Shown here: piece after piece, positions 1 to 11,870 of the stretch | Numbering within the stretch: the stretch's first letter is position 1 | Layout of the letters: the number at the start of each line of letters is the position of its first letter | Assembly: GCA_051362555.1 (NCBI GenBank) | Contig: CM120641.1 | Location: 6,200,001 to 6,264,000 of the forward strand | Reading direction: 5' to 3' | DNA length: 64,000 bases | Source of the DNA: Lingula anatina | Taxonomy: Eukaryota > Animalia > Brachiopoda | Notes under the pieces: model-generated | What the model saw: the letters and a program-made list of their open reading frames with translations, nothing else | Database searches by the model: none | What the model was told of the DNA's origin: nothing | Position numbers and translations under genes: made by a program

Positions 1-130
1 AAGTAAAAACATGTTAACTTTGGTACCTTTTCTTCATTACTGAAAATACAAAATTTAAATCATATTATTTAATTAAGCAGTTTATTACTTTAAATTAAAG
101 TAGAATTCTCAATGAAAAACATATGCTTAC

Positions 131-879
131 TGCTGCTGGTTTGGACTCATCCCCCATTGAACATCTGATGCGTTGTAACCACGTATACATGGCCAAAGCT
201 TCTTGAAAGCTATACTGATCACAGGCATCATATACGATGACAAAACACTGGCCTGATTTGACATAAAGTTCACGCATTGAAGAATATTCTTCCTGCCCTG
301 CTGTGTCCAAAATATCCAGAAAACAAGTCTGAAATTTTACCATCCAGCTTTTAGTTGTAAATAAATATAGTTATTATTAATAAATTAGAGATTTTTAAAA
401 ATTGAAGAAGTTACATTAATCAGGCATGAGTGGCAATCTTCATTTTATTAACTTAAACTAACATATAATTGAAATAACCTTCGGAAAAAGCAACTTATGA
501 ACTATGATGTTATGCCAATGGTTTAAAAAGAGATCGAGTCATAAAGGATATTGAAGTTAAAACATGTAAAATGTGTGTAAATTTTGTTAAGTCACATCTT
601 TTTAGATTGACTAAATGAAGTTGCCTTTTCCAGGCAAATTTGACTTTCAATCCCATTGTTTCTCAGATTTGATTCAATTTTTAAAATACCTTGACAAACA
701 TATGTTCTTTGCATGTTGGAAAAATTACCTACCTTACCAACACCTTTCCCATTTGAAAAATTATTCCTATTTAAGGCTGTATCCACTGAGAATTCTGATT
801 TTTCCATCACAGTCACCTCTTCTAACTGTTCAGACTCACCAGAAGGTGATACGTACACAAATTCACTGCCGAACTCCAT
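131..879 (-). CDS. Atypical Ras-like small GTPase, 5' part (continues beyond the left edge of the window)
   Basis: Exon 328..131 (tttcag acceptor, gtaagc donor, 198 nt, phase 0) encodes TCFLDILDTAGQEEYSSMRELYVKSGQCFVIVY, the Ras G3/switch II region. The putative first coding exon is 879..733 (aaatATGG, in-frame TAA upstream, AAG|gtaggt phase-0 donor). The upstream exon assignment is less certain. Confidence 0.7.
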
Positions 880-1070
880 ATTTCTTTATACCTGCGAAAA
901 ATAAATAACATACATATTCACTTACGAAAGTTATGGAAGATAAATAATTTTCATTTTATGAATAAAAAAGATTTAGCACATAGGTCGGGGCCGTAGCAAT
1001 AGTCCAAAGGTTCAATGGTCATAGGGTTTAATGAACCCTTCATTAAAAAAACAAAAATGTTACCATTTTT

Positions 1071-1105
1071 TCGGAGCAATGAACCTTCGGAGCAATGAAC
1101 CTTCG
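1071..1105. repeat. Short tandem repeat (ttcggagcaatgaacc x2 plus partial), probably a remnant of a non-autonomous DNA element
   Basis: Direct 16-bp repeats visible in the sequence; no complete TIR pair found. Confidence 0.45.
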
Positions 1106-3264
1106 GGCCATCTAGACACCTCCACTGCAACTGTTCTACATGTATAGTATAATTAGGTTTGGGCAAATAACTATAAATATTCTGAAAAAAAAGATATCTA
1201 TATGCCCAAGTTTGACAGCGAGCACAATTATTTTGAATTTTATACTCTGCAATTAGATTTGGGGTTAAAGCCTCAGTAAGACCTCCTTTGTTTGCTCTTA
1301 AAAACCATTTTGAATGGGTTTTCCAAATCCTAATTGTTTATGTCAAAGATTATAAAACCTAATTCTAATAACTATACTGGTACATTTGTACCGTAACTAT
1401 TAGTGCACAGAACAAATAATGAGCTAGTAGCAAATGAAATCAAATCAAATCTATTCAAATTGCCTGTATTGCGTACATTGAGCACAGAGGCTGCTGAGAA
1501 GCAATGGTGAATTTAAAGTCCAGAAGAATATGCACTGTAATGAAAAGTTTTAATAATTTTAGGATGCTAGCAGATATCTTAAGATTCAACTGAAACAAAG
1601 CAAAATTTTGTGTAGTGATTTGGACCTTTTTGGAAAAATTTGCAGTAAATGAAGACATCTTAGAGTAAATCTTTGTGCTGAATGCTGGAGGGATATTTTT
1701 GACTGTTTTAGTGGGTTACTTAACAGAATTCTGACAGTGATGGTCTTAGCCTCAGCAATGCTAACACATAACGCTTTTAATTACCATGTGTCATGACCAA
1801 TACAATATGTAGATAAGAACTACACCTCGCTGGTATAATGTGAGGATATGTAACTCATTAGCTCACATTAGTGACATTACACACATCAGATAAATTGGTT
1901 GACACGCAAGTAGCTTAATTGGTTGACCGGCAAGTCGGTGGCAAGTCGGTTAGACTCTGGATGTGCAGATTCCACTCACTGTTTTTCATTTTTCATTAAT
2001 TATCTTCAACGAGAGAAAACAGATACAAATTTTAAAAAATATTCTGAGTAAAACTAGCTTTAATTGAGCCGTCTAAATAGGACATACGTTTAACATTTGA
2101 ATATACGCGTGTAAATGCAAGGACCCGGTCGTTTTGCTATGGGTGACAAGCTGGCTTTGTAATATGTGACAGCAATTAGCAACATAACATAACAACAGTG
2201 CCACTCTTAAGAAACTTAATAGTGGGTGTCATTTTATCATTCGATTACGTCTAAATGGCACACTTAATTGGGTGGTGACACTTAACAGACTGGTGTGACT
2301 TGTTTTATGTCAATGGTCGTCATTCTGAATCTTAAATTGCTAATTTAAAGAGGAGGGAAACAAACGTAAGCAGATATTACATTTTGCTGGCTGGTCAGTT
2401 TGAAAAACCTCACTTAAATATTTGTAAAATTTATGACGGAAATAAGTCAGTGATAAGTGATGGTGCTAGCGTTTCCCAAATTTCCTTTTACTTCCCACTT
2501 CCTCACTAGACCACGTTTATCACATGTATAGCTTATACTTTCTGGCTACAAAAGCCCTTATATATAAATATATACTTTCTGGTTACAAAAGAAGAAATGT
2601 TAATGATTTATGACAAACGGACATGCACAAAGCGTAAAATTTGAGCTGCATGTATTTTTTTTCTTTGAAATAAAATAAATAAATATACACAAATGAAAAT
2701 TGAGAATAAATATTTAAAAGGTAAAGAAGAATTTGGTGTGGCTGTAAATAGGTATGTAAAAATCAAAGAGTTTCAAATCAACTTTATCAAAGAATCATTT
2801 TGATGTGACACTTAAAATATCATTCATGTCAGTAAAACGTTATCATATCGATTTTGGGCTAAACTCTCCTCAGATTTCTCCTTTCTATATAATACAATAT
2901 AATACAATAATCAAAGCACGTTGAAAAGGGTTCGTAAAGCTTTCAACTGAACCGTGATTCCGGCACACACTGACCACACACATCAATATTGGATCAAAGC
3001 AAAAATTATTTCCAGGTATTTTTATTGTAACGTAACGTGTTATTAGCAATCGTGAAATAAAATATATATATCTTAACTATGGATAAATAAAAAAAGGTGC
3101 ATTTTTTTGCGTGTCAGATAATTTCAACGGTCGTATCAGGCTAATTATTTCACTACTGCCGCATTGACCTGTGTATATCCCACGTGTTAAAGTTGAGCGC
3201 TTGTGGCAACCGATGCTTGTCGCCAGTGGTTGGCCTAAATTCCATTCTCGAAATAACTCGAACG

Positions 3265-3330
3265 CTGATTGGCTGATCTCCTAAAAAGGAATTTGTGACC
3301 CACCCATTTTGTCAATGAAATGACGTCAAC
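3265..3330 (+). promoter_or_regulatory. Putative promoter of Rho paralog A: reverse CCAAT box and perfect CRE
   Basis: gattggctg at about 3267 and TGACGTCA at 3321-3328, in a CpG-rich stretch about 270 bp upstream of the first ATG. Confidence 0.4.
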
Positions 3331-3596
3331 ATAAGTAAACTTACTACACAAACTCACTTCCGAGGCAGTTGAATCATTGCTTTGAAGCGAAAGGGGAACT
3401 TTTTTGGAGTTCTCTGCCATATCAGCAGTTTTTAACATCCTTTTTGGCAGAATTCAATACAGTGTCAACACTTGGATCGTTGTTAGCGTGACCGAAGGAC
3501 GTGTACTGTGCCATTAAGTGGAGATTCATATCAACAGTAGTTCTATTATCACTGAATAGACCGGAGCACGTGTGTTCAGCTAGTCAAGGCTCGAAG

Positions 3597-6500
3597 ATGC
3601 AGAGGGAAAAGCAGCGTTCTGTGAAACACAGGCCAAAACAACAGCAGAGTGGAAGTGAATTAAACCGCCGAAGTTTTCCACCGGCCATGATTGACACCAG
3701 AAACAAGAATCATATTAAATGTATGGTGATCGGGGATGGAGCCGTGGGGAAAACGTGCATGCTAGTTAGCTACACCACAAGCAGATTCCCCTATCAGTAC
3801 AGTCCCACAGTCTTAGACAGTTACACAGGTAAGGAGACCTTTTAAAAAGAAATAATTTACGATTCACATTTTAAATGTCATCGTTGATATAGTTAGGACC
3901 TTTGGAGAAACAAAATGTACTTTACAAAGAATGAAATATTTCTGTCGCCATGTTTCGTTACTTCTAATATCCGCCTTCATGATGAAGATTAGAAAAATAC
4001 TGGCTTGGTCTATATTGTCATTTGAATAAACGAAAGAAAAAAAATAATTTTCAATATGATATTAAGATTTTATGAATTGGTTGTTTTTGGGACCATGTAA
4101 CTGGAAGGTTTTTTAGAGGTTACATTTAGTCCTGGTATCTTCTGTATGCGATTGTGTAGCTGATAGTGTGGTAATCATTTTCCTCAATCTGAACTCATTC
4201 AACTCTCGTAATCAGTACACGATGTGATCTACTGCTGCCTTTGTTTATCTAACAATTACCAAAATTAGGCTATTATCCTAAATATTTGCCAATATCTCGG
4301 CATCAGCGGTGTTTTACCTTGTGAAGAAGGTGGTAAAGCAAACAATCAGTCCTTTCATAGATCAGTAATGCCATTATAACCTGATGAGTGGACCGAAAGA
4401 ATTTTACTGCTTTCAGCCGTGGGAAATATTCATTTGTCTGGAGGTATTTAGGCATGTCTGTGCCTGTAGTGTGGTATGGTCGGAGGCTTTTGTTTGTAGG
4501 TGTTCCACAGCTTTTGTCCAGCGAAAACCGCCAGGTCTCATTCAAGAGGACTAATTTCCTTTACAATGTCTATCAAAAGAGCACACGGTAGTTTAGAGAC
4601 AAAGGCTTATAGGTACAAACAATAGAAATCATTACTCTGTTTCCTATTAGGGAGCTGATGTAAAACACGTTTGAGGTATGGGAACTTCTTAAATACTTGT
4701 GGTATTTTATGAATGAAGACCTCCCGACGGCCTCCGACGTTGCACCGAAGTACACCCCATTTATCAGTATCCGAGATCTCCAGATTGCTGGTGCTTACGA
4801 GACCCCCCAATTTAGCGCTTGGTCTAGCTCTTCATCCAAGGCAATTAAACCCCATTATACTTTCTAAGGTGGATTATCAGTGCGATAGCAAACGCGATTT
4901 TTGCCCTTGTATTAATGTGGTAATCTTCCCTGAGAGACCTGGTCCCTCAGCCAATGGTGAAGTATAGGGAAGCGTGCTTAAATGACTAATCATTAGAACA
5001 ATGCTAGGCTTTTATTCTATCGTCTTCTGGTATTTTGTAAGTCGTGACCTAAGCTGCAAGGTGTAATCAAATATTCAGGGCGGTCCTTTGAACCACCAAC
5101 ACCAGGTAGTAATAGGATACAGACTTGGACCACAACTTCTGTGCTAATACAAACACTGCAATTGTTGTAATGTCTTCCGGTGATTACCAATCCAATTGAT
5201 TTCGATTTGAAAGAGAAATTGTTTCTAAAGCGTGATTTGGGATTATGAAAATTTTCTTGAGTGGTTTTGAAGAAGGGCGTGTGTTAAATATACAAAAGGT
5301 CTCGGGCTTACAAACTCATTCAGAACATTGTAAGATAAACACACTGCTTTATAACATTTCGACCCATATCGTTTAGACACAACGGCCCTTTTCTTAAAAA
5401 AAAAAAAAAAAACACAAATATTAAAGCATTAATTAAATATTAAAAACATTTAAATTGAAAACCAATTCTTTTTTCCAGCACGAGTGTCAGTGGACGGACG
5501 GCCCTACGTTTTAGAATTAATAGATTCAGCAGGCCAGGTATGTGTTGCCTCTTTCTTTTCTCTCATTCTCATTTGTATGCGTAAAGTAATAAAGGCCTTA
5601 TTGCTTGGGTGCATTATAAGGGACTAGTTCAACTTGTTCTTCGCGATTAAATAGTGATGATGTACATCAGATACCCTATCTCTCAGTTAATTATTGCATG
5701 ATGTTCGTTTCAACTGACTATTGTTCTCATTCTATAGACCAAGTCATAAAATACAAGTCACTGCAGTGCTTTTTTATATCTGCCAGTCATTTACCTATTA
5801 AAAACAAATTTCAAATATGCTCCATAATCAAAATATGCTGTATCCGTGTAGAAATCTAGATCAAAATTCCAGATAATGCATTCTTTACGCATCCCTTGTC
5901 CTCAAAAAAAAAAAAAAGAAATGGACAGGATATGATATTTGTTTCCTTTCTGATATTATGGGTTCATCCTAACAAATACCTAGACAGTGAGATCATAAAC
6001 ATTGCCCTCTAGACCGGTCAGCCTATGTCCCACATATACATGTATGGAAGTGTAGGCAAACTGGTTATGATTCAACAACACGCAACATGAGAGATACTAA
6101 GGATACTCCCCTTGTTTGGCAAACGTTATGAATCCTTACTTTGCCAGTGCACTCTTGGCTTAAACGAATCAGTTGATCTGTTTTATTGTTGACAGAAAGG
6201 GAAGAACTACATTTATTTATACAGACTACTATTTTGCCACTTGTTCAACATAACTCCTGTGAAGAAAACTTTTTTCTCATAAATCGATTCACCACGAGCA
6301 TTTCACTCAATTTGTTCCACTTGTAAATTCATATAAATATTTACTCCAACCACTTCACGTATCCTCATCGACATCCGGCACCAAGCTCATAAATCACAAC
6401 CAGAGAGAGCAGCCATTGTAAAAAAATACGTCGTCAAATTCTTTATCTATTGTATGTTTTCATTACGGGACAGCCCCTTTATTTTGCGCCCACAGACCAA

Positions 6501-7876
6501 CACGATCTTTTTATTGAATGTTCTCAAGTGCTTAAAGTGCCTGGTCATGCACGTGGAAATGCCTTGGATGCCACCCTTTGTATTTTGAAATATTCTGACA
6601 ATGTATTTTACGCAATTTTGGGTGTATCTGTTTCGTCTTTAAATAGATGTAGTGAGTTTTTGAATTATCGACGGCAATGCGGGAGGGAAGACGAAATACT
6701 ATCAGCTTTTTATTTTCACGTCAACACCAAACGCCTTCGTAATTGAGAGTTCCAAATAAAATTTTCAGGACAGAGCCATAAAATTTTTAAAAAATTGTAC
6801 CAGTAATCAAATTAATTGAATGTCCTTCATTTTATGAATATATATTTTTTAATAATGATGTTAAAAAAGAACCATTTGGGATGATATAAGCTTAAAAAAA
6901 CAGTGAACTTAGGATTCTTATCGTGGCCAAACCAATAAGAAATTCCGCTGAGTTTTTCCTCTTGGTGTGGAGCCAACGTCCCGGCATTTCCTGTAACGTG
7001 TAGGCATCTTGGTGTGATTTCAACCGCCGAACGTATCAAGAATGTCACACTGAATCACACCGCCCAGTGCTAATGATGCGTGGGAAACAAACCTAGCTTT
7101 AACTTTGCGGTTTGTTTGTCTGGACCTCTGTCTTTAGAAACAACGCTCTGCTTCAACAGCGAGTGGAATTTTGTTTTTATTTTTAATGAAAACTTCAGTC
7201 CCGACTTTTCCGTAACAATAGCACTGAATAGTGAGGTTTTAATTAGTGCTTTGCTTGCTGCCCAAACATTATCCGATCACGTTGTTCATTCATTCTGAAT
7301 TCCAAACTGTTATTAATTATATACAATTATTTGTCTTTGCAGGATGATTACCAACATATTCGAATGTTGTCTTACAAGTCAGTCGACATTTTCCTCGTGT
7401 GTTATTCAGTAGTGGATCCGGCTTCATTCAACAACCTCAAAGACAAGTGGATTCCAGAAATGAAACATTACGGTCCACAAGGCACACCGTTTGTTGTCGT
7501 TGGAGCCCAAGCAGATCTCAGAGAGGACAGAGAGACAGTAGAAAAGCTTCACAGAGAGAAAGAAAAGCCAGTTTCATTTCACCAAGGAGAAAAATTAGCA
7601 AAGAAATTTGGTGCTGACGCTTTTATTGAATGTTCATCTCTAACACAAAGAGGACTACAAAGAGTCTTTGAGCAGGTTATAATGGGTGCTTTGTCACCAA
7701 GGAAAACAAAAAAGTCATCTAAACCCAGTAAGTTCTTTGGGATGGTTTCACTGTGTTTGGACAATTTAAAACACAAGATTTCAGGACATAAAGAAAGCGG
7801 CAGTGCTAACTCTTCCACTGCCGGCAGTGACTCAGATCTAGTGCGGATTTACACTGGCAATTCAACACGGCGGTAA
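3597..7876 (+). CDS. Rho-family GTPase paralog A (Cdc42/RhoJ/RhoQ-like, divergent)
   Basis: Exons 3597(or 3687)..3828, 5479..5537, 7343..7876, all GT-AG and in phase. Motifs [36 protein letters not shown]. Ends NSTRR*, with no CaaX. Confidence 0.92.
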
Positions 7877-8612
7877 TATGTCACTTATATATACATCCGC
7901 GTAAGAATCTCTACGGTATCATATATGTGACTCTTTTTATTTAAGGTGGATTGATGAAATCAAACTTACTGTAATCTGAAGATATGTTACAGCGAAATAT
8001 ACGTGTTCTATCAGCTTCAGTGCTTGCACTTTCAGCCAAAGAGAGACGCAATTTCTTCAGCATTATTCTGTTTATAAGCACTGGTTGTGATAACCTATAC
8101 TACGCAAGAGCAAACTATTTAATGTAAATATTGAAACTTGTATTACTCTCTGTATGTTACTAATTTATTTGTAAACAATACAAGAATAGAAATATTATAA
8201 GAGTTTGTGTTGATTCTCCTATCGCATTTAAATAGAGTAGATGTCTAAGTAAAAAAAAAAAAGTTTATAGTATAGCCTTTACTGGTACTTCCTCTCAATC
8301 CATACAATATGTATTTTTCAACACTCCAAATTAAAACTCATCAAGCAAGACGTTATACTCCGGGATAAGTAATATAAAAAAGAAATAGACTATCGACAAA
8401 AAGTATTAATTTGACCTTCAGCATCGCATTTCGTAAAAGATAAGATTATGAAGCAACGCTTACTTTGAGCCATAAAATCTCCACGGATCTTAAATGATGA
8501 TTCATAAGTTGTGTTTGGCATGTTGGGCTTTAATCAAAGTTAAAATGAAACTATACAGGAAGTAAGCATAAAAATATCCCAAAAGTACGTGACGTTAAAC
8601 ATATCCAACTAA

Positions 8613-8837
8613 AACCCCCTTTACACTGGGCGGCGTCCTCTCTGCGTCCCGTAGTACGACCCCGTTCGAGAGTAAAAAAAAAAAAAAATACTTCACGTGC
8701 CGACAACTGGCCGACCATTGAGCATTCATTCTGCAACGTAAACGATGCTTGTGTGCTCCTGTCTACGACCACAGCGATGCCAGTTTCATGGTCGCACGAA
8801 AGACGCAGAGAGGACGCCGTCCAGTGTAAAGGGGGCT
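8613..8837. mobile_element. PIF/Harbinger (Tourist-like) MITE
   Basis: TIRs of about 35 bp (ccccctttacactgggcggcgtcctctctgcgtc / gacgcagagaggacgccgtccagtgtaaaggggg) flanked by TAA at 8610-8612 and 8838-8840. Confidence 0.85.
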
Positions 8838-9357
8838 TAAAGAAGTACAACAGAACAAAAAATGTTCACATTTTGCTTACAGGGTTCTATTCGTCTCCAC
8901 ACACGTGACATCTTACTAAATTGAATATTAATACCGTGCATATAATTTCTTAAACCACTATCCCTTCCTGGAAGCAAATTGTTTGGAAATTTACACGCGA
9001 TAGATGGGGATTTCCTGGTTAATTTGCAATTTTCAATAATAGAAAACAAATGATGTGAGTTATATTGGAGTCGTTAGATTTGGCATCGGTTCAAGTGTAT
9101 GTATACATAACAACTGTAATGTAAATGTACTGATAAAAGACGATCATGTCAAAATCAACTAAAACGAAAGTAAGTTTAAACAACAGAGTGTAACTCTTTA
9201 AACAACATGCGCTACAAGCACAATGGTACCTGCTAAAAACGAAAGTTAGTCATAGTTTATATTAGACCACAAAAAATATTATGAATAGTATGCTCCCAAT
9301 ATAAGACTTCTCATATCGAGTATCAGGCAATACTAGGACTGCTGTTTTACGAGTACT

Positions 9358-9786
9358 ATGTCCAGTAACTGTATTAAGTGTACGGTGGTCGGGGACGGCG
9401 CCGTGGGGAAAACATCCCTGTTGGTCACCTACAGTACAGGCTCGTTTCCCACGGATTACGTACCTACAATTTTTGACAGTTATGCAGGTAATCATTTAAT
9501 TCCTTACCATATATATTACGATTTAATATTTCTTTTTCAAAGTTAAAAAGAATGAAAAAGTCCTTTACTAAAGGTAAATAATACGTTGAAGTATTTAAAT
9601 AATTCCGTTTAATTTTTTTTACAGTAAATGTGGAGATAAAAGGACGTGCTGGCCCATTTAAACTGAGCTTGTTTGATTCCGCGGGACAGGTGAGATAACT
9701 ACTCCAACGATTATTGATAGGCTTTAAATATTCAGTATCTTATATTTATCAGTTATTAACGGTGTAATATCTTTTACCTGCTTGCT

Positions 9787-9834
<48 letters not shown>

Positions 9835-10378
9835 AGGGGGGATTAAGGAAATACAAACTTTCACGTTTTTTATCATTTATTAGGAAGAATATGATCGCAT
9901 CAGACGGCTGACCTACCACAACACTGACGTGTTCTTGGTGTGCTTCTCTGTTGTTAAACCAGAGTCAGCCCAAAACATAGAACTTAAGTGGGTAAAAGAA
10001 CTGAAGCAGTACATGCCCGGAACACCATTTATTTTAGTCGGAACTCAGGTGGATTTACGAGAGGATAGCAAAACCCTCAGAAAATTGCAGAAGAAAAATC
10101 AAAAGCCAATATCAAGCAGCGTTGGAAAAAATATCGCCAAAAAAGTTGGAGCTCAGAAATATATCGAATGTTCAGCTTTTCGACAAACGGGCATCAAAAA
10201 CGTTTTCGACGAAGCCATTGTTACTGGTTGTTGTAAAGATGATGACATCGAGGAACGCGGACATCACTTCCTGAGGAGAATTCGTTCTTTTCGACTTCCT
10301 TCCTTGAAAAACCGCTTCTCTGAGCTGGCAGGCAATGTGCGAAGCGGCTTTGACAGTGTTCGCACCCGCTTTTGGTAA
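9358..10378 (+). CDS. Rho-family GTPase paralog B (Cdc42/RhoJ/RhoQ-like)
   Basis: Exons 9358..9487, 9625..9689, 9884..10378. Motifs [36 protein letters not shown]. Ends RTRFW*, with no CaaX. Confidence 0.94.
9790..9831. repeat. (GA)n microsatellite in intron 2 of Rho paralog B
   Basis: Uninterrupted GA run of about 20 units. Confidence 0.95.
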
Positions 10379-11870
10379 TGACACAGTGCTATCAAAACCT
10401 GATTGTGACATGTCTCAACTGTAGCAATGAGCTTTTATTTTGTCTGTTTATTTTCATTGACTGTAACTTATTACTTCATAAATAAGGACAATCCATTCGG
10501 AAGGAGTCAAGTTCAATCTAATGAGCAGATTCATGTTTCAAAAACTTTAAAATGTTGCAAGTTTTTCTGACATTTTTCACCTGGAAGAGGGAAAAATTAT
10601 TCTTATTAATCCTTTCTGATATACTTGCTCCGCCAGGGTGATGGCAGTCCTTTTTGAGGGAAATAATTTATTTCTGTTTGCTTATATTACATTACACAAT
10701 GTGGATTGTTTTGTACTGTTTGGCTGAAAATTTTATCTGACTCCAGTTTACTTTCATCAATAATTAACCCTCAACTAACTGATAATTACTGGCAATTACG
10801 AATGCTGGTTTGTTCGCAGCAATCAGGAGAAACACGACCGCTGTGATTGGGAATATCACCTCAAATTTCAAAACATATATTTGCATTTTACAATAGAAAA
10901 TAACATCAATTCTGTGTTGATCAAATAGTCAATCAATTATCAACACCATTACACATAATATTTAGTAAACCGATAAGATATTTTGTCTAGGTAACCGAAG
11001 CCACAGTTTATCATTATTTCTTTTTCTTAAAAGACTTTAATTATATTTACCGATATTTTACTACATTAATTGCTTTTTTGGTACGTTATTTCAGGAAATG
11101 CAACTTAATCTGATGCTGTATATTCAATCATATGTAAGAATTTAAAATGGAAAATAAAGTGAATATAACCCTTTAAGATAAAATAACGTTGTCTATTAGA
11201 CGCTTAGATCGTAGATGTCTTACCATGTGCTACTGACATTAAATTGATTAACGTAATAGTTAGCATTAAAAAATAGTAGGCACCTATATCATCATTTCAA
11301 ATCCATGTTTTTAAAAGTAAATATTTACTTTAGTTTATATAGGCTACCTATTTCCTTTTTTTTAACTTAAGACAAATTAGCAATAATATTCCAATAAATT
11401 GATCCCTTCTGCATTTTCTGCATCCAAAGCAGGGTAGTTTTAAAAGTAATTCATATGTGTTTGCACACATTGATACTGATAACAAAAATATTGATAACTT
11501 ACCTTGCAATAAATTGTAGCACCGCTCAATCATAACTATACGAGTCCTACTTATATACCAGTCACCTGTGTGTTAAAAATAGAATCGTGTTGTGATTGGA
11601 CAATTTGATCACGTGAACAATTACTAAGGCTTGCGAGTTGCTAAAAATAACCACACCACGTTTTACTATAAATAAAATATATGAAACAATACTATATGGC
11701 GGATTTGTTCTAAAAATAACAATTTCAAGATTTTCTATATAAATGACTGGTCGAATTAAACACATTATGAACACATAAGCACCACAACTGGTTTGATTTC
11801 ATGAGAAAAGAGTATTGAAGACAGCAATATTCCCAAAGGAGGAGGTTCGGCAGTGAAATAAGAGTTAACA

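Noticed and set aside
330-350. LDGK-like codons just upstream of the Ras exon suggesting a frameshifted IDGE
   Set aside because: A clean tttcag acceptor at 331-329 explains the boundary more simply.
4300-5000. GC-richer block with overlapping short ORFs in intron 1 of Rho paralog A
   Set aside because: Possibly a decayed repeat, but no termini, TSD, Pol III boxes or protein motif could be identified.
7399-10411. Antisense or alternate-frame ORFs over the Rho exons (7399, 7579, 9262, 10172)
   Set aside because: Shadows of real coding exons.
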